64,000 nucleotides of DNA, taken from assembly GCA_017499595.2 (NCBI GenBank), contig CM039010.1:1798001-1862000 (forward strand), in the 5' to 3' direction. The stretch is from Psilocybe cubensis (lineage: Eukaryota). The position numbers and the translations under genes were made by a program. Below, in pieces: positions 50,236 to 63,400 of the stretch (position 1 is its first letter; every line of letters begins with the position of its first letter). The notes under the pieces were generated by a model. It was given only the letters and a program-made list of their open reading frames with translations, was not told the origin of the DNA and ran no database searches.

Positions 50236-52516
50236 TATACTGTATATAAACAAATCCTTCTCTTTAGTCAGACTTTGTAATTGGTCAAGTATTAGTCAAA
50301 GTTAGATTAAAGTTGACTTGAGGTAGACTTAAGTTCTTTAAAGCCTAAATCCAATCAAATTCAGATTTAGAATTTGGAATAAAGTTGAAAGCAAAATAGC
50401 AAACAAACTAATTAAATTGAGTATAAGGTAGCTAAGTAATCTAAGTTGATAATCAACTTGGGAATTCTAGTCTGAAACAAGAGGGGTTTATATACTACTA
50501 TTGGAATAAAAATAAACCACCAAAAATAAGTCATAAAAAATAAAAATAAAGAGTAAGAATAATGAATAAAAGAAATAAGGTTTAAGAGAAGGTAAGACAG
50601 ATGTCTGAAATAAGTTTACATACAAAGTTAGACTAAAGTTGGAATCCAGAAGCTGGGAGATAGAAGTCAGATGTGGAATTCAACTGACAATGTTGTATAA
50701 TAAAGTCAAGAGAGTATAGTATATCACAAGTCCTATTTATTTAATTTTGCTACTAAAAGTTATGTATTATCTTAGATTATTGGTTTTATTTTTAAATAAT
50801 TTTGCTTAAATTATTTCTATTCTTTTATCCATATAATATTTAATATAATATACTATTTATATTTGCTTATATTAATGCTTAAATTTATATAAACATATAA
50901 AAAACATGCTTATGTATAATACTTAATGAATAAATTGGTTAAAACCAAGTGGATAATCAATACAAGCAATTTAGAAATGTGCTTTCCATTTTGGCAAAAT
51001 CTTCTATATTTAGTAATCAAATTCAATTTCTACTTGTGGTATACTAGTCTCAATCTAGCCTCTTGGAATGATTGTGGCTATGCCAACCTATTTGGAACTA
51101 AAGTCCTCAAGAGAAATCATAACCAAAAGATCTAATACAATTTAACCATAATCCAAGGAATTAGAATTTGAAACTCTGCTAATGGCTCAAATTAGTAATA
51201 CAGAAGTATTTCTACCTTGCCTTCTCAATAACATTTTTCATTTATATTATTTTTTTGTAGTTTGTCTATAGAATAAGAAATATATAATTACTATTCTATA
51301 GTCTAATAAGAAAATAAAATATAACAAGCTATATAGAATATTATTTTAAGGAATAAAACTAGCAATAAAATAGACTAAATATCTGATAAATAATATGGTG
51401 CAGTGGAATTACTTTGATAAAAATAGATTTTTGCTCATCTTTAAAAATAAAAACCTACTTTAAATTTTATTTATCATATTTACTACCAAATAATTACTAA
51501 AACTAAAATTAAGCAGAATAGCAAGTTTAAGACTGAGCAGATTTGCAATATTCTTACTAAAAGGTCTATCAAAGTCTTGGATATGCGCCCTTTTCAATGA
51601 CAACTCAAAGCTGCAGGTATAATTTTATTTGGCAAGGATGTCATTTTTAATGTTGGTACTAGATATGAGAAATCTTTATATTTCTTGCTTTTTTTATTGG
51701 TAAGTAAAAAAGCCATTGCTCTTATAGTGACACTACTTTTTGCTCTGATAAAAGATTAGGTATATTTTCAAGTCAACAAGATATAGTATATATTTATATG
51801 TGAGTTATATTTACAGATTAATAATTTTAAATTGCCAGTAGTAGCTGTATGCAGTAAACAATGTCAAGGATTGGATATGAACAGATATATGAGGTAGATA
51901 CTATAATTAGTACTTTGAAAAATAAAAATGAAAAATTAGGGTAAATTAAACTATATGCTTTGTCTTTCTGCTCAAGTTGGGCTTTAAACAAAGCTTTTTG
52001 CTATTTTTAAAGTATTCAATCCAAATTTAAAATCATAATTACAATTTCTTTACTTATTATTGTGCAATTAAATATATAATATTTTGCTCAAAAAGCGCAC
52101 CTTAAATAGTACTCTTTAGGAGTTGTTGGTATGCACTCTTTTGACTTGTTAAAACTGCTCTTTATATCTCCCTCACTTTGCTATCTTATCAGATTAGATT
52201 ACTTTCTTCTTATCTTCATTTGCTCTCCAGACCATTCTAGACACATGATATTTATCAGTCCATAGACTGGTCTGGACCGGACCAGAGTAGACCTAGATAG
52301 ACCAGAGTACTTGAGTCTGCACAGTATATAGTTACTCTAGTTTACATCCTGAAGTCCCCAGTTACTCACTTCGGACTTCAGGTTAGTTTGTTAGCACTTT
52401 GCTCAATTCACCCAGTCACTCACTCAGACGCTTTGTGCTTGCTTATCCCTGCGCCCTACGTTGTATAATTAGGTCGCCGAGTAGCTCACACTGCTCCGAG
52501 CTCGCCTGCTTCAACA

Positions 52517-52528
52517 GGTTATGGGCCC
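52517..52528 (+). promoter_or_regulatory. Primer-binding site of the internal (half) tRNA-iMet type, as in Drosophila copia
   Basis: GGTTATGGGCCC lies directly after the CA end of the LTR. Confidence 0.8.
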
Positions 52529-55500
52529 CGCGCTCTAAGCACTCCAATTCCGTGTTTTGCGAACCAAGTTGCTTTCTGCATAGTTTTTATAAAACGGTCA
52601 TTTTAGTCATTTTTGTTTTTTATCCTTTACCAGGCCCGGCCATACATTGCCGCTGCTAGTAGGGTTGAACGAGCATGCCTTACGCGACTTGTTATCCTCG
52701 GTTGAGCGGGCCCCCGTCGCCTAATCCCCGAGTTATTTCTAGTTAAAAGTAACCCTTTTAAATTAGGCTAGTTTAACTTCATCTTTTCAACTTGCGTTCG
52801 CATCGCACCCCAAGCTCCGGGTACCGCCTAGCTCGTTTCCACACATTATTACACATCCGTACACATCACTACCAACACTCGTATCCATCCGCTTATGTGT
52901 TCCTTCGCAATTTGCAATAATGACTTCTGATCCCCAAATCACTCTATTAAACTCAACCAACTACAACACCTGGGCAGGCCAGATGACCGCCTATCTCTAG
53001 TCTAAAGGGATATGACGCATTGTCAGCGGTGCTAGAGCACAGCCAACGCTCTCAGACAAGCCCACTGCTCAGGAGGAAGCTTTGCTTGAAACCTACTTTG
53101 AGCAGAGAGACAAAGCATGTGGTTTGATCTATCTCAGTTTGGAGAATGATCAGAGGGTTCATGTGGAAGCCATCAAGGATGATCCTATCAAGATGTAGGA
53201 TTCCCTCGCTGCTGTACATCAGCAAAAGCGCCCTGGCAACCGCTTTAATGCATATAATGATCTGTTCTCCATCCGAAAGGAGGAAGGTGAAAACCTTCAA
53301 ACCCTAATCAATAGAGTTGAGCAAGCCATCTTGCTAATTCAGCAGCTTTGCCTTAAAGGGTTTGATCTGGCTAAGCTTGATAAAGAGCTTGCTTCGCTTG
53401 CTTTGGTCAGGGCACTCCCAGAAGAGTACAGTTCATTTGCATCCTCACTTCTCCTTTTGGACAAGTTGGACAAGGCTACAATTCATCAAGCCTTTGTCAC
53501 AGAGGACATACAGCGACGTCGCCACGCTTCGGAGTTGCCTGCACTCGCCACTGCATTCCAGACCGCTCCAGCCCTTTCTGCATCCAAGCCCAAGTGCGCA
53601 TTTTGTGATATGACCAACCATGCAATGGACAAGTGTCACAAGTTCATTGCTGCGCAAAAGGAAGCAAGGGAGTGTGTCAAAGCGGCTCGCAAAGGCAACA
53701 GAGCAAACAAGGCCTCAGAGGCATTTAGTGAGGAAAAAGAGTCCAAGGAAATGAAATTTGCTGGAAATGCAAGTGCTCTTAATACCAATGTTCCCTCTTC
53801 CATTTCACCCCAAACTAATGACAATTGGATTGCAGACACAGGGGCAACTTCTCAAACCCCATCGCAATTGGGTTAAAAATTACACCCCCCTTCACATTCT
53901 AAGCCGATTAGTAGATGAAGAGTAAAGCTGCTGTGCTTCTTAAGTGCAAAAGCGATGCATTCAGTGCGTTCCAAACGTACAAAGCATGGGCTGAGAACAA
54001 ATTAGGCTTTAAGATCAAAGTGCTGCAGGATAACAAAGCTGGTGAATACATGTCAAATACTTTCATCAAATTCACTGACCAGTGTGGCATTGAGCGTCGT
54101 CATACAATGCAAAATCGCCCACAATAGAACGGAGTTGCAGAGTGTGCAAATCGCACCATAGCAAAACATGTTACTTCCATGCTCAATGAGGCTTGTGTTC
54201 CACCTTCATTTTGGGGTCGCTGTGGTGCAGCATACATGCATGTATGGAATCGTGTTCCTACAGCCTCTTTACCAGACAAGACTCCGTATGAGAGCTGGAA
54301 CAAGCGCAAACCTGATGTTAGTTATTTCAGGTTTTGGGTTGCCTTGCATATATTTATGCAGGGAGATAAGTGCAAATCGTTGCAGCCTCATATGGAAAAG
54401 TGTATCCTGGGGTGTCCACTGGCCCTATGCCAAAGTTTGACCTTCTTCCTACTTCTTCTGCAAGTGCACCACCTCCTAATTCAGGGGGGGACTCTAATGG
54501 CTTCAATTTTGATGATGATGAGGATGACTCTACTCTAATTCCTGTCATTGAGCCAGAGATGCCTATTGCACCTCCTGAATAGCTAGCTGAACTACCATAG
54601 CCTCAGGCCATTTCTGAACCTCCTCCTAAGCCTGCATGTTGCCAGCATGCTCCAGTTGATCCTGCAACGTTGAGACGCACTATTTGCGTTCCTAAGCAGC
54701 CTGGTGAATGGTGGAAGGTCTCACATGATCCTGAACCACCTGAAGCCAATGATCCTGGATTTGAAGAGGTGGAGTTTGCTGGGCTTGTTTCAAGCACAGA
54801 TCTGCGCACATTCAAACAGGCAATGAAAGCACCTGATGTGCACACGTGGGAAGAGGCTGCTATCACAGAATTCAATCTATTGCAGCACAACCAAACTTGG
54901 GAGTGAGTTGAGCTCCCTCCGGGTCAAAAGGCAATTGGCTGTGGTTGGGTCTTTAAAATCAAGCAAAATGCAGATGGCAGTATAGAGCGCTACAAGGCTC
55001 GTATTGTTGCCAAGGGCTACAGTCAGCGCCCTGGCATTGATTACCATGAGGTCTTTGCTCCTACTTTCCGCCCTGCTACTTTCCGCTTGATTGTGGCTCT
55101 GGCCGCCATTGGAGACTTGAAGTTGCGCTCTGTTGATATTACAGCTGCTTTCACTAAAGGTGACCTAGACGAGGAGATTTACATGTTATAACCTGAAGGA
55201 TTTTACCAAGGTGGTCCTAACATGGTTTTAAAGCTCAAAAAGTCGCTCTATGGTCTTAAGCAGTCTGCACGTCAATGGAACCTCAAGTTGCATGAGGCAT
55301 TGTCAGATATGGGGTTCAAGCTTATAGAATCAGATCGCTCTGTCTATATCTATTCAGATGGAGATGTGAAGATTATTGTTCCCATTTACATTGATGACAT
55401 TACCTTTGCCTCCAAATCGAACGCCACCATAGATAGAGCTGTTAAGCAGCAAGCTGCGCATTTTGAACTCCGTGATCTGGGTCCTACACAGTATTTACTT

Positions 55501-56108
55501 GGTGTTGCCATTGAGCGAGATATGGCTGCTAAAACCTTTTCCTTGCATCAGCGTCAGTATATCCTCGATATGCTTGATACATATGGCATGACTGATTCTA
55601 ATCCGGTCAAAACACCTATGGTTGTGGGCACTGTTCTATCCAAGGCAGATGGACCTTAGAATGGAGATGAGGTGGAATTTATGCGAAATGTTCCCTACTT
55701 CAATGCAGTTGGCTCCTTGCAGTATCTAGCCACCATGACCCGTCCTGACATTGCTTTTACTGTGTCCTATCTGGCACACTTCAACTCCAATCCTGGGCCT
55801 AAGCATTGGGCTGCGATTAAACATTTATTCCGCTACCTCAGAGGCACTCTGGATTACAAGTTGACTTATTCTGGCGCTGTGGGCCATGATAACTTTGTCA
55901 TTTACACTGATGCTGCACATGGTGATTGTGTAGATACTAGACGCTCTACGAGTGGTTATTTGACCATTCTAGCTGGAGGTGCTATTGGCTGGGCAAGCAA
56001 ACTCCAAACTGTTGTAACTCTGTCTACTATTGAGGCAGAATATATTGCTGCGGTGGAGGCAGCCAAGGAGATTGTGTGGATGCGCAATATTCTTGAGGAG
56101 TTTGGCTA

Positions 56109-57979
56109 CATGGCCGAACCTAAGACTGCGTCAAATCGGGGTGCAACAAACAGCTGCTGGTCGAGGTTAAAGTCTTGCGGTTGACCGGAGTTTATCGGCA
56201 TATTTACTAAATTTGAAAACCTCCATGATACTCAGAATAATATATGAAATTTCCAAAGTCTTGCTGAAACTATGTTCAATCTGAGTTTTTGACCTTGGTC
56301 TAACCCAACTAATTGCTGCTGCCGGCACAATGGCCTCCAGACACGATATCCCAGACCCTGCAGGTATGAGTGACATCATTCAAATTGCTTATTCAATTAC
56401 CTATATCCCAACCTCCACTTTAGTCTTCCGGTGCGTTGACGCCGCTGGCCACACTCTCCACTATATCTGTCGAATATGCAGCAATGGCAAACTATTTCTT
56501 GCCAACAACTGCTCATGACACATATTTTTGATTTAACAGCTACATTGAGGAGTCTTTTTTATAGGACAACAAAAAGTTCAACAGGTATTCTACAACCACC
56601 GGCGTCCTTGGATTATCATCGAGAGATTCTTCTGCACATCCTTTGCCGTCAACTGCTCCCACCGCAACATCAAGCCGCTCAACCCTGGTTAGCACACCAT
56701 CAAATCCTTTCATTCAAGCACCCAGCACAGATTCTGCCAGCAGCAACTGGATTTCAGTGATGCTTAGCTCTCAGGCAATGAATGAGTAGAGTTAAAAATG
56801 TAGTAAATATTGTATCGAAAGCTCAATTCTATGCAATTTTTATGTCTGCCCATTCGACTCCCAGTATTGAGCCCCTGAGCCACTGTTGATATCTATTTGG
56901 TACAAGGTACCATGGCTCGGGCATTTTCGCGTGGTTACTCTTATCACCCGATGACCATGTTCTCTGCCCCCCCTTCCCCTTTGCAGGCTGATTGGCACAT
57001 TGTCAGTGTCATTAGACTGAATTTTTATCCGTTGTGCTGCTGAAGCACAAACATCTGCACGTTGGAAAGATCCAACCTCTCAATCTGTGAGAGTGTGCTG
57101 AACAGTGCAATGTTCTTTCATATTTTTTTTCTTTGCCCCGCTCTATTCTATGTTTTGGTCACCATAAACACCTGTATGTTGGAAAGATCCAACCTCCCGA
57201 CTTGTGGGAGTGTGCTGAGCAGTATAGTTTTTTTATCATTCATTGCAGGCCGGAATGTGGCTGCTTTCGTCCCTCCCATGCTTGCTTAGCTCTGTTTGGG
57301 ACTATTTCTTGCAAAGTGAGTAGCTTATTTTAGTTTGTGGGTTTGCATTTTGCTTAACCGCATCTTCATTGCAGTCTTGCTCAGGTGCGGCTTAGAAGTT
57401 AGGATGGTTAGAAGGCTCAGGACTGAAAGGTACGACAATTAACTCTTTATCCATCAACCTTATCTCATATGGTTTCCTATGCAGTGTTTTGCTCTCATCC
57501 AGTTCAATCATGCTTTCCAGGAGGATATGCTAGATGGGCTGGTCTGGGTGGCAGGAGGATGGTGTAGATGCTGGGTGCTGCATAGCGTATAAGATAGGTG
57601 TTTACAGGAGGTTTCAGAAACTTTTATACTACTCTGTACCCTGTAGAATACAATAAATTGTTTCTTACTTGCATATAGTCCCATACCTAAGCATATAACC
57701 ACAAAATGACGGTTTTCTATAGCATAAACGATGCCCACAGCCTCAAAAAAACCCATTCTATAAAAAGAAATACTTGACCTCAGGAATTTCAGACGGCTTC
57801 AGACCAAAGTCTAATATGCATGAGCACATGCGGTTGACCTATGAGGTCATGGGTCAATACCAAGGCATCAAGATTTGGAATTTCCGACGTCTAACATTCT
57901 GCAGTGATTCCGGTGTTTGACTAGGATTTGACTACAGTCCCCGTGACTAGGGTCTGACCTTGCCAACCGTCTGGCTGTG
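56109..57979. mobile_element. Non-autonomous DNA-transposon-like insertion with CAC(G)GCC-type ends and a 2-bp TA duplication, within the Copia RNase H
   Basis: Reads tttggcTA|catggcc...ggctgtg|TAtacaatc, whereas the uninterrupted copy reads tttggctacacagtc. It contains a short spliced ORF with YICRIC and a 2-unit repeat at 57050-57225. Confidence 0.75.
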
Positions 57980-58492
57980 TATACAATCACTGAGCCCTCT
58001 GTACTACATATGGACAACCAGTCATCTATCAGTGGTTCCAAAAATCCAGAGCACTATAGACGGATGAAGCACCTTGACTTGCGCCATTATTGGCTTAGGG
58101 ATGCTATTGGTGTTGGAAAGATTTCTCCTTCTTATATTCCTACTGATCAGCAAGCTGCTGATATTCTTACCAAACCCCTCTTACCTCCCAAAGTGCACTT
58201 TTATAGAGATAAAATGGGTCTCAAACTTTAATTTTTCTTTCTCTGTTTTGCTTTATTTTCTTTGTTCTGGAGACTTGTCAGAACAGGGGGGAGTATTAAA
58301 ACTGCTTTCTGTGTCTCCCTCACATTTCTATATCTTATATAGTTTACATCCTAGTTTGTTAGCACTCTGCTCAATTCCCCCAGTTACTTACTTTGGACTT
58401 TAGATGCTTTGTGCTCGTTTACACCCGTGCTCTACGTTCTATAACTAGGTTGCCAAGTAACTCACACTGCCCCAAGCTTGCCTGCTTTAACA

Positions 58493-59420
58493 ACAAGTTT
58501 ACCCTTGCACTCCACAACCTCCTCAGGATTTCTGATAATGTGTCTACTGTGTTCCAACTGCAGACTGACAGCCAAACCAAATGCATTAACCAAAAAGTTG
58601 AGCAGTTCTTGCGCATGTTCTGTCATCAACACCAATCCAACTGGACTAAATGGCTGGCATGTGCCAAGTTTTCCATTAACAATAAGCTTCTACCAGTTAC
58701 TCCCCATTCTTTCTCAACTTTGGTTGTAACCTCCACTGCCTACTGCAGCCAATTTATCAATTTTCTTTGCATGTTAAACAACCCAACAAATTTGCTATTT
58801 GCTGCTCAAGCTATGGCATAGTCTTTTAACAAGTTACATGCCAAACCACCTTTACTAGATGTTAACAACCTGATATTCCTTGATATCTGTGATATCAAGA
58901 CCACAAAACCTTGCAAAAAACTGGATGACAAACACTATGGCTCTTTTAAAATTACTCAACATATTGAAATCCATTTGTACAAACTTGTTCTACCTCCGGA
59001 GTGGCTTATTCATGATGTTTTAGGTCCACATTTCAAAACTACACCCATACAAACATCTCACCTTTTCAAACTAGCCTTGTGTGGGAGACACCTCCTCAAT
59101 TGCATACAATATACCTCAATATGCTGTTGCATTAGTTATCAACCATAGAGACTTGCAATACACAATGCAATTTTTTGTAATTTTAAAAGGTTCAAACACT
59201 CCTATATGGGACACTAAAGAGGTGATCCTAACAACCTTATCCTCACCTACCTTGCCAATCTGCCATTACATTTCACAAATTTGTCTTAGAAAGGAGATGA
59301 TGTTAGGATCACCCAACATGACATTATTTTAGACAGACAGTTTCTCATTTGTACTTCTAATTCCCTTTATGAGTAATTATGTAGCTACCACTTTAGGACC
59401 GCTCTACATACATAATGCAG
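58493..59420 (+). mobile_element. Ty3/Gypsy integrase remnant with a probable PPT and LTR start at 59301
   Basis: STVFQLQTDSQTKCINQKVEQFLRMF..NWTKWL..FSINN (decayed HPQTDGQTE motif) and KKLDDKHYGSFKI..YKLVLP..IHDVF. Confidence 0.8.
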
Positions 59421-59725
59421 CTCCTTTTTTCATGTATCCTAGTTTCAATCTTGTCCTTATACCATTTGTTGTCCATTTTTTGTTATGTTGTTGATGTTTT
59501 TTCTGGATATGGAAATCATGGTCCATCCAGAAAGGTTAATATTGTTCATCTCTTAAAAAAGTGGAAGGACAGCTATTCTGTTGCCCTTTAGTTGTGGTGT
59601 ACAAGTGGCATGCCAGAAGACTGAAAAACTCTTTGCAAGGCCTGTAAAGCTGCAAAATGCAAGTTTTTTGACATTCATATCTCAGAGATCTTTGAAGTCA
59701 ATAAATACATCTAGAACCTGATATT

Positions 59726-60103
59726 TGTTAAAACTGCTCTCCATGTCTCCCTCACTTTGTTATCTTATCAGATTAGATTACTTTCTTCTTATCTTCATTT
59801 GCTCTCCAGACCATTCTAGACACATGATATTTATCAGTCCATAGACTGGTCTGGACCGGACCAGAGTAGACCTAGGTAGACCAGAATACTTGAGTCTACA
59901 TAGTATATAGTCACTCTAGTTTACATCCTGAAGTCCCCAGTTACTCACTTTGGACTTCAGGTTAGTTTGTTAGCACTTTGCTCAATTCACTCAGTTACTC
60001 ACTTGGGACTTCAGACGCTTCGTGCTCGCTTATCCCTGCGCCCTACGTTCTATAACTAGGTCGCCGAGTAGCTCACACTGCCCCGAGCTCGCCTGCTTCA
60101 ACA
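59726..60103 (+). mobile_element. Solo LTR of Copia family C (378 bp) with 5-bp TSD ATATT
   Basis: Reads ATATT|TGTTAAAAC..TTCAACA|ATATT and matches 52147-52516. Confidence 0.95.
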
Positions 60104-60492
60104 ATATTATAGGTCCAATGGTGCAAATTATTACTGTGCAAGGCTGATATTCAATATAATAGACAACCCTGGCATGAGCTATTTTAATTATAGGATGCCT
60201 TGCATAATATTTACAACTTTGCCTTTGACAGAGTATTTGATATTTATATCCTTGATATTATGTTTCTTTCTCCATGCTTGAGCTTAAGGAGACTCTTTTC
60301 TCTTACTCTAACATGTTGGCCTCTGGGCCGGACTATATCAAGTAATCTCATTTCAAAGCACTGGTCTAGTATCAATCTCCAGCCAAGGACATATTTTTTC
60401 CACCTGGCCAATGCCTACCTTGAAGTTGAACATGAGCCAAAGCATTTGACATGCACTTTATTTAACATTAATAGAAAATAATGGCATAGTCA

Positions 60493-63400
60493 TGTTGAAG
60501 CAGGCGAGCTTGGGGCAGTGTGAGCTACTCGGAGACCTAATTATAGAACGTAGGGCACAGGAATAAGCGAGCACGAAGCGTCTGAAGTCCGAAGAGAGTA
60601 ACTGGGTGAATTGAGCAAAGTGCTAACAAACTAACCTGAAGTCCAAAGTGAGTAACTGGGGACTTCAGGATGTAAACTAAAGTGCCTATATACTGTATAA
60701 ACTCAAGTACTCTGGTCTACCTAGGTCTACTCTGGTCCGGTCCAGACTAGTCTATGGACTGATAAATATCATGTGTCAAGAATGGTCTGGAGAGCAAATG
60801 AAGATAAGAAGAAAGTAATGCAATCTGATAAGATAGCAAAGTGAGGGAAACATAGAGAGCAGTTTTAACACTCCCCCCTGTTCTGACAAGTCTCCAGAAC
60901 AAAGAAAAATAACGCAAAACAGAGAAAGAAAGATTAAAGTTTGAGACCCATTTTATCTCTACAAAAGTCCACTTTGGGAGGTGAGAGGGGTTTGGTGAGA
61001 ATATCAGCAGCTTGCTGATCAGTAGGAATATAAGAAGGAGAAATCTTTCCAACACCAACAGCATCCCTAAGCCAATAATAGCACAAATCAAGGTGCTTCA
61101 TCCGTCCATGGTGCTCTGGATTCTTGGAAACACTGATAGATGACTGGTTGTCCATATGCAGCACAGAGGGCTTAGTGACTGTGTAGCCAAACTCCTCAAG
61201 GATATTGCGCATCCACACAATCTCCTTGGCTGCCTCCACCGCAGCAATATACTCTGCCTCAGTAGTAGACAGAGTTACAACAGTTTGGAGTTTGCTTGCC
61301 CAGCCAATAGCACCTCCAGCTGGAACGGTCAAATAACCACTCGTAGAGCGTCCAGTATCTACACAATCACCATGTGCAGCATCAGTGTAGGTGACAAAGT
61401 TATTATGGCCCACAGCGCCAGAATAAGTCAACTTGTAATCCAGAGTGCCTCTGAGGTAGCGGAATAAATGTTTAATCGCAGCCCAATGCTTAGGCCCAGG
61501 ATTGGAGTTGAAGTGTGCCAGATAGGACACAGTAAAAGCAATGTCAGGACGGGTCATGGTGGCTAGATACTGCAAGGAGCCAACTGCATTGAGGTAGGGA
61601 ACATTTCGCATAAATTCCACCTCATCTCCATTCTGAGGTCCATCTGCCTTGGACAGAACAGTGCCCACAACCATAGGTGTTTTGACCGGATTAGAATCAG
61701 TCATGCCATATGTATCAAGCATATCGAGGATATACTGACGCTGATGCAAGGAAAAGGTTTTAGCAGCCATATCTCGCTCAATGGCAACACCAAGTAAATA
61801 CTGTGTAGGACCCAGATCACGGAGTTCAAAATGCGCAGCTTGCTGCTTAACAGCTCTATCTATGGTGGCGTTCGATTTGGAGGCAAAGGTAATGTCATCA
61901 ATGTAAATGGGAACAATAATCTTCACATCTCCATCTGAATAGATATAGACAGAGCGATCTGATTCTATAAGCTTGAACCCCATATCTGACAATGCCTCAT
62001 GCAACTTGAGGTTCCATTGACGTGCAGACTGCTTAAGACCATAGAGCGACTTTTTGAGCTTTAAAACCATGTTAGGACCACCTTGGTAAAATCCTTCAGG
62101 TTATAACATGTAAATCTCCTCGTCTAGGTCACCTTTAGTGAAAGCAGCTGTAATATCAACAGAGCGCAACTTCAAGTCTCCAATGGCGGCCAGAGCCACA
62201 ATCAAGCGGAAAGTAGCAGGGCGGAAAGTAGGAGCAAAGACCTCATGGTAATCAATGCCAGGGCGCTGACTGTAGCCCTTGGCAACAATACGAGCCTTGT
62301 AGCGCTCTATACTGCCATCTGCATTTTGCTTGATTTTAAAGACCCAACCACAGCCAATTGCCTTTTGACCCGGAGGGAGCTCAACTCACTCCCAAGTTTG
62401 GTTGTGCTGCAATAGATTGAATTCTGTGATAGCAGCCTCTTCCCACGTGTGCACATCAGGTGCTTTCATTGCCTGTTTGAATGTGCGCAGATCTGTGCTT
62501 GAAACAAGCCCAGCAAACTCCACCTCTTCAAATCCAGGATCATTGGCTTCAGGTGGTTCAGGATCATGTGAGACCTTCCACCATTCACCAGGCTGCTTAG
62601 GAACGCAAATAGTGCGTCTCAACGTTGCAGGATCAACTGGAGCATGCTGGCAACATGCAGGCTTAGGAGGAGGTTCAGAAATGGCCTGAGGCTATGGTAG
62701 TTCAGCTAGCTATTCAGGAGGTGCAATAGGCATCTCTGGCTCAATGACAGGAATTAGAGTAGAGTCATCCTCATCATCATCAAAATTGAAGCCATTAGAG
62801 TCCCCCCCTGAATTAGGAGGTGGTGCACTTGCAGAAGAAGTAGGAAGAAGGTCAAACTTTGGCATAGGGCCAGTGGACACCCCAGGATACACTTTTCCAT
62901 ATGAGGCTGCAACGATTTGCACTTATCTCCCTGCATAAATATATGCAAGGCAACCCAAAACCTGAAATAACTAACATCAGGTTTGCGCTTGTTCCAGCTC
63001 TCATACGGAGTCTTGTCTGGTAAAGAGGCTGTAGGAACACGATTCCATACATGCATGTATGCTGCACCACAGCGACCCCAAAATGAAGGTGGAACACAAG
63101 CCTCATTGAGCATGGAAGTAACATGTTTTGCTATGGTGCGATTTGCACACTCTGCAACTCCGTTCTATTGTGGGCGATTTTGCATTGTATGACGACGCTC
63201 AATGCCACACTGGTCAGTGAATTTGATGAAAGTATTTGACATGTATTCACCAGCTTTGTTATCCTGCAGCACTTTGATCTTAAAGCCTAATTTGTTCTCA
63301 GCCCATGCTTTGTACGTTTGGAACGCACTGAATGCATCGCTTTTGCACTTAAGAAGCACAGCAGCTTTACTCTTCATCTACTAATCGGCTTAGAATGTGA

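Larger units (their letters stand above)
52147..58492 (+). mobile_element. Ty1/Copia (family C), defective and interrupted: 5' LTR 52147-52516, PBS, gag-pol from the ATG at 52920, internally deleted 3' LTR 58294-58492
   Basis: LTR ends TGTTAA..TCAACA; PBS GGTTATGGGCCC at 52517. Motifs NYNTW, CAFCDMTNH, WIADTGATS, integrase PQ*NGVAE, RYKARIVAKG, YIDD and TDAAHGD; PPT agggggggag-like. Stops and frameshifts are present. Confidence 0.95.

Noticed and set aside
50280-52140. Possible LTR remnant and decayed gene
   Set aside because: Too degenerate; no partner repeat or protein motif was found.
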